Positions 1 to 15,000 of a stretch of 64,000 nt of DNA are shown piece by piece. A program made the translations under genes and the position numbers. Under the pieces are notes generated by a model, which was not told where the DNA came from, ran no database searches, and was given only the letters and a program-made list of their open reading frames with translations. This stretch comes from Nemertoderma westbladi. Its lineage: Eukaryota > Animalia > Xenacoelomorpha. The stretch spans positions 92,332-156,331 of the forward strand of contig JAUCBJ010000069.1 in NCBI GenBank assembly GCA_032718475.1. The letters are read 5' to 3'. Position 1 is the first letter of the stretch; each line of letters starts with the position of its first letter.

Positions 1-3000
1 AACCTAAAACCTCGCTCCACAATGGCTACTCTATACAACACAAGGTTGCTATTTAACCTAAAACCTCGCTCTCACACGGCTACTCTATACAACACAAGGT
101 TGCTATTTAACCTAAAACCTCGCTCTCACACGGCTACTCTATACAACACAAGGTGCTATTTAACCTAAAACCTCGCTGTCACACGGCTACTCTATACAAC
201 ACAAGGTGCTATTTAACCTAAAACCTCGCTGTCACACGGCTACTCTATACAACACAAGGTGCTATTTAACCTAAAACCTCACTGTCACACGGCTACTCTA
301 TACAACACAAGGTGCTATTTAACCTAAAACCTCGCTGTCACACGGCTACTCTACAACACAAGGTGCTATTTAACCTAAAACCTCGCTGTCACACGGCTAC
401 TCTACAACACAAGGTGCTATTTAACCTAAAACCTCGCTCCACAATGGCTACTCTATACAACACAAGGTTGCTATTTAACCTAAAACCTCACTGCCACACG
501 GCTACTCTATACAACACAAGGTGCTATTTAACCTAAAACCTCACTGTCACACGGCCACTCTACAACACAAGGTGCTATTTAACCTAAAACCTCGCTCCAC
601 AATGGCTACTCTATACAACACAAGGTTGCTATTTAACCTAAAACCTCGCTGTCACACGGCTACTCTACAACACAAGGTGCTATTTAACCTAAAACCTCGT
701 TCCACAATGGCTACTCTATACAACACAAGGTTGCTATTTAACCTAAAACCTCACTGCCACACGGCTACTCTATACAACACAAGGTGCTATTTAACCTAAA
801 ACCTCACTGCCACACGGCTACTCTATACAACACAAGGTGCTATTTAACCTAAAACCTCGCTCCACAATGGCTACTCTATACAACACAAGGTGCTATTTAA
901 CCTAAAACCTCGCTCCACAATGGCTACTCTATACAACACAAGGTGCTATTTAACCTAAAACCTCACTGCCACACGGCTACTCTATACAACACAAGGTGCT
1001 ATTTAACCTAAAACCTCGCTCCACAATGGCTACTCTATACAACACAAGGTGCTATTTAACCTAAAACCTCGCTCCACAATGGCTACTCTATACAACACAA
1101 GGTGCTATTTAACCTAAAACCTCGCTCCACAATGGCTACTCTATACAACACAAGGTTGCTATTTAACCTAAAACCTCGCTGTCACACGGCTACTCTATAC
1201 AACACAAGGTTGCTATTTAACCTAAAACCCCGCTCCACAATGGCTACTCTATACAACACAAGGTGCTATTTAACCTAAAACCCCGCTGCCACACGGCTAC
1301 TCTATACAACACAAGGTTGCTATTTAACCTAAAACCTCGCTCCACAATGGCTACTCTATACAACACAAGGTTGCTATTTAACCTAAAACCTCGCTCCACA
1401 ATGGCTACTCTATACAACACAAGGTGCTATTTAACCTAAAACCTCACTGTCACACGGCTACTCTATACAACACAAGGTGCTATTTAACCTAAAACCTCAC
1501 TGTCACACGGCTACTCTATACAACACAAGGTGCTATTTAACCTAAAACCTCACTGTCACACGGCTACTCTATACAACACAAGGTTGCTATTTAACCTAAA
1601 ACCTCACTGTCACACGGCTACTCTATACAACACAAGGTGCTATTTAACCTAAAACCTCGCTGTCACACGGCTACTCTACAACACAAGGTGCTATTTAACC
1701 TAAAACCTCACTGCCACACGGCTACTCTACACAACACAAGGTTGCTATTTAACCTAAAACCTCGCTGTCACACGGCTACTCTATACAACACAAGGTGCTA
1801 TTTAACCTAAAACCTCGCTCTCACACGGCTACTCTACAACACAAGGTGCTATTTAACCTAAAAACTCGCTCCACAATGGCTACTCTATACAACACAAGGT
1901 TGCTATTTAACCTAAAACCTCGCTGTCACACGGCTACTCTACAACACAAGGTTGCTATTTAACCTAAAACCTCGCTCTCATACGGCTACTCTACAACACA
2001 AGGTTGCTATTTAACCTAAAACCTCACTGCCACACGGCTACTCTATACAACACAAGGTTGCTATTTAACCAAAAACCTCACTGCCACACGGCTACTCTAC
2101 AACACAAGGTGCTATTTAACCTAAAACCTCGCTCCACAATGGCTACTCTATACAACACAAGGTTGCTATTTAACCTAAAACCTCACTGCCACACGGCTAC
2201 TCTATACAACACAAGGTGCTATTTAACCTAAAACCTCGCTCCACAATGGCTACTCTATACAACACAAGGTGCTATTTAACCTAAAACCTCGCTGTCACAC
2301 GGCTACTCTATACAACACAAGGTGCTATTTAACCTAAAACCTCGCTCCACAATGGCTACTCTATACAACACAAGGTGCTATTTAACCTAAAACCTCGCTG
2401 TCACACGGCTACTCTATACAACACAAGGTGCTATTTAACCTAAAACCTCGCTCCACAATGGCTACTCTATACAACACAAGGTGCTATTTAACCTAAAACC
2501 TCGCTCCACAATGGCTACTCTATACAACACAAGGTGCTATTTAACCTAAAACCTCACTGCCACACGGCTACTCTATACAACACAAGGTGCTATTTAACCT
2601 AAAACCTCGCTCCACAATGGCTACTCTATACAACACAAGGTGCTATTTAACCTAAAACCTCGCTGTCACACGGCTACTCTATACAACACAAGGTGCTATT
2701 TAACCTAAAACCTCACTGTCACACGGCTACTCTATACAACACAAGGTGCTATTTAACCTAAAACCTCGCTGTCACACGGCTACTCTACAACACAAGGTGC
2801 TATTTAACCTAAAACCTCGCTGTCACACGGCTACTCTACAACACAAGGTGCTATTTAACCTAAAACCTCGCTCCACAATGGCTACTCTATACAACACAAG
2901 GTTGCTATTTAACCTAAAACCTCACTGCCACACGGCTACTCTATACAACACAAGGTGCTATTTAACCTAAAACCTCACTGTCACACGGCTACTCTACAAC

Positions 3001-6000
3001 ACAAGGTGCTATTTAACCTAAAACCTCGCTCCACAATGGCTACTCTATACAACACAAGGTTGCTATTTAACCTAAAACCTCGCTGTCACACGGCTACTCT
3101 ACAACACAAGGTGCTATTTAACCTAAAACCTCGCTCCACAATGGCTACTCTATACAACACAAGGTTGCTATTTAACCTAAAACCTCACTGCCACACGGCT
3201 ACTCTATACAACACAAGGTGCTATTTAACCTAAAACCTCGCTCCACAATGGCTACTCTATACAACACAAGGTGCTATTTAACCTAAAACCTCGCTCCACA
3301 ATGGCTACTCTATACAACACAAGGTGCTATTTAACCTAAAACCTCACTGCCACACGGCTACTCTATACAACACAAGGTGCTATTTAACCTAAAACCTCGC
3401 TCCACAATGGCTACTCTATACAACACAAGGTGCTATTTAACCTAAAACCTCGCTCCACAATGGCTACTCTATACAACACAAGGTGCTATTTAACCTAAAA
3501 CCTCGCTCCACAATGGCTACTCTATACAACACAAGGTTGCTATTTAACCTAAAACCTCGCTGTCACACGGCTACTCTATACAACACAAGGTGCTATTTAA
3601 CCTAAAACCTCGCTCCACAATGGCTACTCTATACAACACAAGGTGCTATTTAACCTAAAACCTCGCTCCACAATGGCTACTCTATACAACACAAGGTGCT
3701 ATTTAACCTAAAACCTCGCTGTCACACGGCTACTCTATACAACACAAGGTGCTATTTAACCTAAAACCTCGCTGTCACACGGCTACTCTACAACACAAGG
3801 TGCTATTTAACCTAAAACCTCGCTGTCACACGGCTACTCTACAACACAAGGTGCTATTTAACCTAAAACCTCGCTCCACAATGGCTACTCTATACAACAC
3901 AAGGTTGCTATTTAACCTAAAACCTCACTGCCACACGGCTACTCTATACAACACAAGGTTGCTATTTAACCTAAAACCTCACTGCCACACGGCTACTCTA
4001 TACAACACAAGGTTGCTATTTAACCTAAAACCTCGCTGCCACACGGCTACTCTATACAACACAAGGTGCTATTTAACCTAAAACCTCGCTCTCACACGGC
4101 TACTCTACAACACAAGGTGCTATTTAACCTAAAACCTCGCTGTCACACGGCTACTCTACAACACAAGGTGCTATTTAACCTAAAACCTCGCTGCCACACG
4201 GCTACTCTATACAACACAAGGTGCTATTTAACCTAAAACCTCGCTCCACAATGGCTACTCTATACAACACAAGGTTGCTATTTAACCTAAAACCTCACTG
4301 CCACACGGCTACTCTATACAACACAAGGTTGCTATTTAACCTAAAACCTCACTGCCACACGGCTACTCTATACAACACAAGGTTGCTATTTAACCTAAAA
4401 CCTCGCTGTCACACGGCTACTCTACAACACAAGGTGCTATTTAACCTAAAACCTCGCTCTCACACGGCTACTCTATACAACACAAGGTGCTATTTAACCT
4501 AAAACCTCGCTGCCACACGGCTACTCTATACAACACAAGGTGCTATTTAACCTAAAACCTCGCTCCACAATGGCTACTCTATACAACACAAGGTTGCTAT
4601 TTAACCTAAAACCTCGCTCCACAATGGCTACTCTATACAACACAAGGTGCTATTTAACCTAAAACCTCACTGTCACACGGCTACTCTATACAACACAAGG
4701 TGCTATTTAACCTAAAACCTCACTGTCACACGGCTACTCTACAACACAAGGTGCTATTTAACCTAAAACCTCGCTCTCACACGGCTACTCTATACAACAC
4801 AAGGTGCTATTTAACCTAAAACCTCGCTGCCACACGGCTACTCTATACAACACAAGGTGCTATTTAACCTAAAACCTCGCTCCACAATGGCTACTCTATA
4901 CAACACAAGGTGCTATTTAACCTAAAACCTCACTGTCACACGGCTACTCTATACAACACAAGGTGCTATTTAACCTAAAACCTCACTGTCACACGGCTAC
5001 TCTACAACACAAGGTGCTATTTAACCTAAAACCTCGCTCTCACACGGCTACTCTATACAACACAAGGTGCTATTTAACCTAAAACCTCGCTGCCACACGG
5101 CTACTCTATACAACACAAGGTGCTATTTAACCTAAAACCTCGCTCCACAATGGCTACTCTATACAACACAAGGTGCTATTTAACCTAAAACCTCACTGCC
5201 ACACGGCTACTCTATACAACACAAGGTTGCTATTTAACCTAAAACCTCGCTCCACAATGGCTACTCTATACAACACAAGGTGCTATTTAACCTAAAACCT
5301 CACTGTCACACGGCTACTCTATACAACACAAGGTGCTATTTAACCTAAAACCTCACTGTCACACGGCTACTCTACAACACAAGGTGCTATTTAACCTAAA
5401 ACCTCGCTCTCACACGGCTACTCTATACAACACAAGGTGCTATTTAACCTAAAACCTCGCTGCCACACGGCTACTCTATACAACACAAGGTGCTATTTAA
5501 CCTAAAACCTCGCTCCACAATGGCTACTCTATACAACACAAGGTGCTATTTAACCTAAAACCTCGCTCTCACACGGCTACTCTATACAACACAAGGTGCT
5601 ATTTAACCTAAAACCTCGCTGCCACACGGCTACTCTATACAACACAAGGTGCTATTTAACCTAAAACCTCGCTGCCACACGGCTACTCTATACAACACAA
5701 GGTTGCTATTTAACCTAAAACCTCGCTGCCACACGGCTACTCTATACAACACAAGGTGCTATTTAACCTAAAACCTCGCTGCCACACGGCTACTCTATAC
5801 AACACAAGGTGCTATTTAACCTAAAACCTCACTGCCACACGGCTACTCTATACAACACAAGGTGCTATTTAACCTAAAACCTCGCTCCACAATGGCTACT
5901 CTCTACAACACAAGGTGCTATTTAACCTAAAACCTCGCTCTCACACGGCTACTCTATACAACACAAGGTTGCTATTTAACCTAAAACCTCACTGCCACAC

Positions 6001-9000
6001 GGCTACTCTATACAACACAAGGTTGCTATTTAACCTAAAACCTCACTGCCACACGGCTACTCTACAACACAAGGTGCTATTTAACCTAAAACCTCGCTCC
6101 ACAATGGCTACTCTATACAACACAAGGTTGCTATTTAACCTAAAACCTCACTGCCACACGGCTACTCTATACAACACAAGGTTGCTATTTAACCTAAAAC
6201 CTCACTGTCACACGGCTACTCTATACAACACAAGGTGCTATTTAACCTAAAACCCCGCTGTCACACGGCTACTCTACAACACAAGGTGCTATTTAACCGA
6301 AAACCTCGCTCCACAATGGCTACTCTATACAACACAAGGTGCTATTTAACCTAAAACCTCGCTGTCACACGGCTACTCTACAACACAAGGTGCTATTTAA
6401 CCTAAAACCTCGCTCCACAATGGCTACTCTATACAACACAAGGTGCTATTTAACCTAAAACCTCGCTCCACAATGGCTACTCTATACAACACAAGGTGCT
6501 ATTTAACCTAAAACCTCACTGCCACACGGCTACTCTATACAACACAAGGTGCTATTTAACCTAAAACCTCGCTCCACAATGGCTACTCTATACAACACAA
6601 GGTGCTATTTAACCTAAAACCTCGCTGTCACACGGCTACTCTATACAACACAAGGTGCTATTTAACCTAAAACCTCACTGTCACACGGCTACTCTATACA
6701 ACACAAGGTGCTATTTAACCTAAAACCTCGCTGTCACACGGCTACTCTACAACACAAGGTGCTATTTAACCTAAAACCTCGCTGTCACACGGCTACTCTA
6801 CAACACAAGGTGCTATTTAACCTAAAACCTCGCTCCACAATGGCTACTCTATACAACACAAGGTGCTATTTAACCTAAAACCTCGCTCTCACACGGCTAC
6901 TCTATACAACACAAGGTTGCTATTTAACCTAAAACCTCACTGTCACACGGCTACTCTATACAACACAAGGTTGCTATTTAACCTAAAACCTCGCTGCCAC
7001 ACGGCTACTCTATACAACACAAGGTGCTATTTAACCTAAAACCTCACTGTCATACGGCTACTCTATACAACACAAGGTGCTATTTAACCTAAAACCTCAC
7101 TGTCACACGGCTACTCTACAACACAAGGTTGCTATTTAACCTAAAACCTCGCTCCCACACGGCTACTCTATACAACACAAGGTGCTATTTAACCTAAAAC
7201 CTCACTGTCACACGGCTACTCTACAACACAAGGTTGCTATTTAACCTAAAACCTCGCTCCCACACGGCTACTCTATACAACACAAGGTTGCTATTTAACC
7301 GAAAACCTCGCTCCCACACGGCTACTCTATACAACACAAGGTGCTATTTAACCTAAAACCTCGCTCTCACACGGCTACTCTATACAACACAAGGTTGCTA
7401 TTTAACCTAAAACCTCACTGTCACACGGCTACTCTATACAACACAAGGTTGCTATTTAACCTAAAACCTCGCTGCCACACGGCTACTCTATACAACACAA
7501 GGTGCTATTTAACCTAAAACCTCACTGTCATACGGCTACTCTATACAACACAAGGTGCTATTTAACCTAAAACCTCACTGCCACACGGCTACTCTATACA
7601 ACACAAGGTTGCTATTTAACCTAAAACCTCGCTGCCACACGGCTACTCTATACAACACAAGGTTGCTATTTAACCTAAAACCTCGCTGTCACACGGCTAC
7701 TCTATACAACACAAGGTGCTATTTAACCTAAAACCTCGCTGCCACACGGCTACTCTATACAACACAAGGTTGCTATTTAACCTAAAACCTCGCTGTCACA
7801 CGGCTACTCTATACAACACAAGGTTGCTATTTAACCTAAAACCTCGCTGCCACACGGCTACTCTATACAACACAAGGTTGCTATTTAACCTAAAACCTCG
7901 CTGCCACACGGCTACTCTATACAACACAAGGTGCTATTTAACCTAAAACCTCGCTGCCACACGGCTACTCTATACAACACAAGGTTGCTATTTAACCTAA
8001 AACCTCGCTGTCACACGGCTACTCTATACAACACAAGGTTGCTATTTAACCTAAAACCTCACTGCTACACGGCTACTCTATACAACACAAGGTTGCTATT
8101 TAATCTAAAACCTCGCTCTCACACGGCTACTCTACAACACAAGGTGCTATTTAATCTAAAACCTCGCTCTCACACGGCTACTCTACAACACAAGGTGCTA
8201 TTTAACCTAAAACCTCACTGTCACACGGCTACTCTACAACACAAGGTGCTATTTAACCTAAAACCTCGCTCTCACACGGCTACTCTATACAACACAAGGT
8301 GCTATTTAACCTAAAACCCCGCTCTCACACGGCTATTCTACAACACAAGGTGCTATTTAACCTAAAACCTCGCTCTCACACGGCTACTCTATACAACACA
8401 AGGTTGCTATTTAACCTAAAACCCCGCTCTCACACGGCTACTCTATACAACACAAGGTTGCTATTTAACCTAAACCCTCACTGTCACACGGCTACTCTAT
8501 ACAACACAAGGTTGCTATTTAACCTAAAACCTCACTGCCACACGGCTACTCTATACAACACAAGGTTGCTATTTAACCTAAAACCCCGCTCTCACACGGC
8601 TACTCTACAACACAAGGTGCTATTTAACCTAAAACCTCGCTCTCACACGGCTACTCTATACAACACAAGGTGCTATTTAACCTAAAACCCCGCTCTCACA
8701 CGGCTATTCTACAACACAAGGTGCTATTTAACCTAAAACCTCGCTCTCACACGGCTACTCTATACAACACAAGGTTGCTATTTAACCTAAAACCCCGCTC
8801 TCACACGGCTACTCTATACAACACAAGGTTGCTATTTAACCTAAACCCTCACTGTCACACGGCTACTCTATACAACACAAGGTGCTATTTAACCTAAAAC
8901 CTCGCTCTCACACGGCTACTCTATACAACACAAGGTTGCTATTTAACCTAAAACCCCGCTCTCACACGGCTACTCTATACAACACAAGGTTGCTATTTAA

Positions 9001-12000
9001 CCTAAACCCTCACTGTCACATGGCTACTCTATACAACACAAGGTGCTATTTAACCTAAAACCTCGCTCTCACACGGCTACTCTATACAACACAAGGTTGC
9101 TATTTAACCTAAAACCTCGCTCTCACACGGCTACTCTATACAACACAAGGTTGCTATTTAACCTAAAACCCCGCTCTCACACGGCTACTCTATACAACAC
9201 AAGGTTGCTATTTAACCTAAACCCTCACTGTCACACGGCTACTCTACAACACAAGGTGCTATTTAACCTAAAACCTCGCTCCACAATGGCTACTCTATAC
9301 AACACAAGGTTGCTATTTAACCTAAAACCCCGCTGTCACATGGCTACTCTATACAACACAAGGTGCTATTTAACCTAAAACCTCGCTGTCACACGGCTAC
9401 TCTACAACACAAGGTGCTATTTAACCTAAAACCTCGCTCCACAATGGCTACTCTATACAACACAAGGTTGCTATTTAACCTAAAACCTCACTGTCACACG
9501 GCTACTCTATACAACACAAGGTTGCTATTTAACCTAAAACCTCACTGTCACACGGCTACTCTACAACACAAGGTTGCTAGTTAACCTAAAACCTCGCTCC
9601 CACACGGCTACTCTATACAACACAAGGTGCTATTTAACCTAAAACCTCACTGCCACACGGCTACTCTATACAACACATGGTGCTATTTAACCTAAAACCT
9701 CGCTCCACAATGGCTACTCTATACAACACAAGGTTGCTATTTAACCTAAAACCTCACTGCCACACGGCTACTCTATACAACACAAGGTTGCTATTTAACC
9801 TAAAACCTCGCTGCCACACGGCTACTCTACAACACAAGGTGCTATTTAACCTAAAACCCCGCTGCCACACGGCTACTCTACAACACAAGGTTGCTATTTA
9901 ACCTAAAACCCCACTGCCACACGGCTACTCTATACAACACAAGGTGCTATTTAACCTAAAACCTCGCTCTCACACGGCTACTCTACAACACAAGGTTGCT
10001 ATTTAACCTAAAACCTCACTGTCACACGGCTACTCTATACAACACAAGGTTGCTATTTAACCTAAAACCTCACTGTCACACGGCTACTCTATACAACACA
10101 AGGTGCTATTTAACCTAAAACCTCGCTGCCACACGGCTACTCTACAACACAAGGTGCTATTTAACCTAAAACCTCGCTCCACAATGGCTACTCTATACAA
10201 CACAAGGTTGCTATTTAACCTAAAACCTCGCTGCCACACGGCTACTCTATACAACACAAGGTTGCTATTTAACCTAAAACCTCACTGCCACACGGCTACT
10301 CTACAACACAAGGTTGCTATTTAACCTAAAACCTCGCTGTCACACGGCTACTCTATACAACACAAGGTTCTATTTCACCTAAAACCTCGCTCTCACACGG
10401 CTACTCTACAACACAAGGTGCTATTTAACCTAAAACCTCGCTCTCACACGGCTACTCTATACAACACAAGGTGCTATTTAACCTAAAACCTCGCTGTCAC
10501 ACGGCTACTCTATACAACACAAGGTGCTATTTAACCTAAAACCTCACTGTCACACGGCTACTCTATACAACACAAGGTGCTATTTAACCTAAAACCTCGC
10601 TGTCACACGGCTACTCTACAACACAAGGTGCTATTTAACCTAAAACCTCGCTGTCACACGGCTACTCTACAACACAAGGTGCTATTTAACCTAAAACCTC
10701 GCTCCACAATGGCTACTCTATACAAGACAAGGTGCTATTTAACCTAAAACCTCGCTCTCACACGGCTACTCTATACAACACAAGGTTGCTATTTAACCTA
10801 AAACCTCACTGTCACACGGCTACTCTATACAACACAAGGTTGCTATTTAACCTAAAACCTCGCTGCCACACGGCTACTCTATACAACACAAGGTGCTATT
10901 TAACCTAAAACCTCACTGTCATACGGCTACTCTATACAACACAAGGTGCTATTTAACCTAAAACCTCACTGTCACACGGCTACTCTACAACACAAGGTTG
11001 CTATTTAACCTAAAACCTCGCTCCCACACGGCTACTCTATACAACACAAGGTGCTATTTAACCTAAAACCTCACTGTCACACGGCTACTCTACAACACAA
11101 GGTTGCTATTTAACCTAAAACCTCGCTCCCACACGGCTACTCTATACAACACAAGGTTGCTATTTAACCGAAAACCTCGCTCCCACACGGCTACTCTATA
11201 CAACACAAGGTGCTATTTAACCTAAAACCTCGCTCTCACACGGCTACTCTATACAACACAAGGTTGCTATTTAACCTAAAACCTCGCTGCCACACGGCTA
11301 CTCTATACAACACAAGGTGCTATTTAACCTAAAACCTCACTGTCATACGGCTACTCTATACAACACAAGGTTGCTATTTAACCTAAAACCTCGCTGCCAC
11401 ACGGCTACTCTATACAACACAAGGTGCTATTTAACCTAAAACCTCGCTCTCACACGGCTACTCTATACAACACAAGGTTGCTATTTAACCTAAAACCTCG
11501 CTGCCACACGGCTACTCTATACAACACAAGGTGCTATTTAACCTAAAACCTCACTGTCACACGGCTACTCTATACAACACAAGGTTGCTATTTAACCTAA
11601 AACCTCGCTGCCACACGGCTACTCTATACAACACAAGGTGCTATTTAACCTAAAACCTCACTGTCATACGGCTACTCTATACAACACAAGGTGCTATTTA
11701 ACCTAAAACCTCACTGCCACACGGCTACTCTATACAACACAAGGTTGCTATTTAACCTAAAACCTCGCTGCCACACGGCTACTCTATACAACACAAGGTT
11801 GCTATTTAACCTAAAACCTCGCTGTCACACGGCTACTCTATACAACACAAGGTGCTATTTAACCTAAAACCTCGCTGCCACACGGCTACTCTATACAACA
11901 CAAGGTTGCTATTTAACCTAAAACCTCGCTGTCACACGGCTACTCTATACAACACAAGGTTGCTATTTAACCTAAAACCTCGCTGCCACACGGCTACTCT

Positions 12001-15000
12001 ATACAACACAAGGTTGCTATTTAACCTAAAACCTCGCTGCCACACGGCTACTCTATACAACACAAGGTGCTATTTAACCTAAAACCTCGCTGCCACACGG
12101 CTACTCTATACAACACAAGGTTGCTATTTAACCTAAAACCTCGCTGTCACACGGCTACTCTATACAACACAAGGTTGCTATTTAACCTAAAACCTCACTG
12201 CTACACGGCTACTCTATACAACACAAGGTTGCTATTTAACCTAAAACCCCGCTCTCACACGGCTACTCTACAACACAAGGTGCTATTTAACCTAAAACCT
12301 CGCTCTCACACGGCTACTCTATACAACACAAGGTGCTATTTAACCTAAAACCCCGCTCTCACACGGCTATTCTACAACACAAGGTGCTATTTAACCTAAA
12401 ACCTCGCTCTCACACGGCTACTCTATACAACACAAGGTTGCTATTTAACCTAAAACCCCGCTCTCACACGGCTACTCTATACAACACAAGGTTGCTATTT
12501 AACCTAAACCCTCACTGTCACACGGCTACTCTATACAACACAAGGTTGCTATTTAACCTAAAACCTCACTGCCACACGGCTACTCTATACAACACAAGGT
12601 TGCTATTTAACCTAAAACCCCGCTCTCACACGGCTACTCTACAACACAAGGTGCTATTTAACCTAAAACCTCGCTCTCACACGGCTACTCTATACAACAC
12701 AAGGTGCTATTTAACCTAAAACCCCGCTCTCACACGGCTATTCTACAACACAAGGTGCTATTTAACCTAAAACCTCGCTCTCACACGGCTACTCTATACA
12801 ACACAAGGTTGCTATTTAACCTAAAACCCCGCTCTCACACGGCTACTCTATACAACACAAGGTTGCTATTTAACCTAAACCCTCACTGTCACACGGCTAC
12901 TCTATACAACACAAGGTGCTATTTAACCTAAAACCTCGCTCTCACACGGCTACTCTATACAACACAAGGTTGCTATTTAACCTAAAACCCCGCTCTCACA
13001 CGGCTACTCTATACAACACAAGGTTGCTATTTAACCTAAACCCTCACTGTCACATGGCTACTCTATACAACACAAGGTGCTATTTAACCTAAAACCTCGC
13101 TGTCACACGGCTACTCTATACAACACAAGGTGCTATTTAACCTAAAACCTCGCTGTCACACGGCTACTCTACAACACAAGGTGCTATTTAACCTAAAACC
13201 TCGCTCCACAATGGCTACTCTATACAACACAAGGTTGCTATTTAACCTAAAACCTCACTGTCACACGGCTACTCTATACAACACATGGTGCTATTTAACC
13301 TAAAACCTCGCTCCACAATGGCTACTCTATACAACACAAGGTGCTATTTAACCTAAAACCTCGCTCCACAATGGCTACTCTATACAACACAAGGTGCTAT
13401 TTAACCTAAAACCTCGCTCTCACACGGCTACTCTACAACACAAGGTTGCTATTTAACCTAAAACCTCACTGTCACACGGCTACTCTATACAACACAAGGT
13501 TGCTATTTAACCTAAAACCTCACTGTCACACGGCTACTCTATACAACACAAGGTGCTATTTAACCTAAAACCTCGCTGCCACACGGCTACTCTACAACAC
13601 AAGGTGCTATTTAACCTAAAACCTCGCTCTCACACGGCTACTCTATACAACACAAGGTGCTATTTAACCTAAAACCTCGCTCCACAATGGCTACTCTATA
13701 CAACACAAGGTTGCTATTTAACCTAAAACCTCACTGTCACACGGCTACTCTATACAACACAAGGTGCTATTTAACCTAAAACCTCGCTGCCACACGGCTA
13801 CTCTACAACACAAGGTGCTATTTAACCTAAAACCTCGCTCCCACACGGCTACTCTACAACACAAGGTGCTATTTAACCTAAAACCTCGCTCCACAATGGC
13901 TACTCTATACAACACAAGGTTGCTATTTAACCTAAAACCTCGCTGCCACACGGCTACTCTATACAACACAAGGTTGCTATTTAACCTAAAACCTCACTGC
14001 CACACGGCTACTCTACAACACAAGGTTGCTATTTAACCTAAAACCTCGCTGTCACACGGCTACTCTATACAACACAAGGTTCTATTTCACCTAAAACCTC
14101 GCTCTCACACGGCTACTCTACAACACAAGGTGCTATTTAACCTAAAACCTCGCTCTCACACGGCTACTCTATACAACACAAGGTTGCTATTTAACCTAAA
14201 ACCTCACTGTCACACGGCTACTCTACAACACAAGGTGCTATTTAACCTAAAACCTCGCTCCACAATGGCTACTCTATACAACACAAGGTTGCTATTTAAC
14301 CTAAAACCTCGCTCTCACACGGCTACTCTATACAACACAAGGTTGCTATTTAACCTAAAACCTCACTGTCACACGGCTACTCTATACAACACAAGGTGCT
14401 ATTTAACCTAAAACCTCGCTCTCACACGGCTACTCTATACAACACAAGGTGCTATTTAACCTAAAACCTCGCTGTCACACGGCTACTCTATACAACACAA
14501 GGTTGCTATTTAACCTAAAACCTCGCTCTCACACGGCTACTCTACAACACAAGGTGCTATTTAACCTAAAACCTCGCTCCACAATGGCTACTCTATACAA
14601 CACAAGGTGCTATTTAACCTAAAACCTCGCTCTCACACGGCTACTCTATACAACACAAGGTTGCTATTTAACCTAAAACCTCACTGTCACACGGCTACTC
14701 TATACAACACAAGGTGCTATTTAACCTAAAACCTCGCTCCACAATGGCTACTCTATACAACACAAGGTGCTATTTAACCTAAAACCTCGCTGCCACACGG
14801 CTACTCTATACAACACAAGGTGCTATTTAACCTAAAACCTCGCTCTCACACGGCTACTCTATACAACACAAGGTTGCTATTTAACCTAAAACCTCGCTCT
14901 CACACGGCTACTCTACAACACAAGGTGCTATTTAACCTAAAACCTCGCTCTCACACGGCTACTCTATACAACACAAGGTTGCTATTTAACCTAAAACCCC

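Noticed and set aside
1-60. Telomere-like TAACCTAA in the monomer (cf. arthropod TTAGG) and an AGGTT/AACCT inverted repeat across monomer junctions
   Set aside because: There is under two telomeric units' worth of match and only a 5-bp stem present in one variant, too short to separate from chance.
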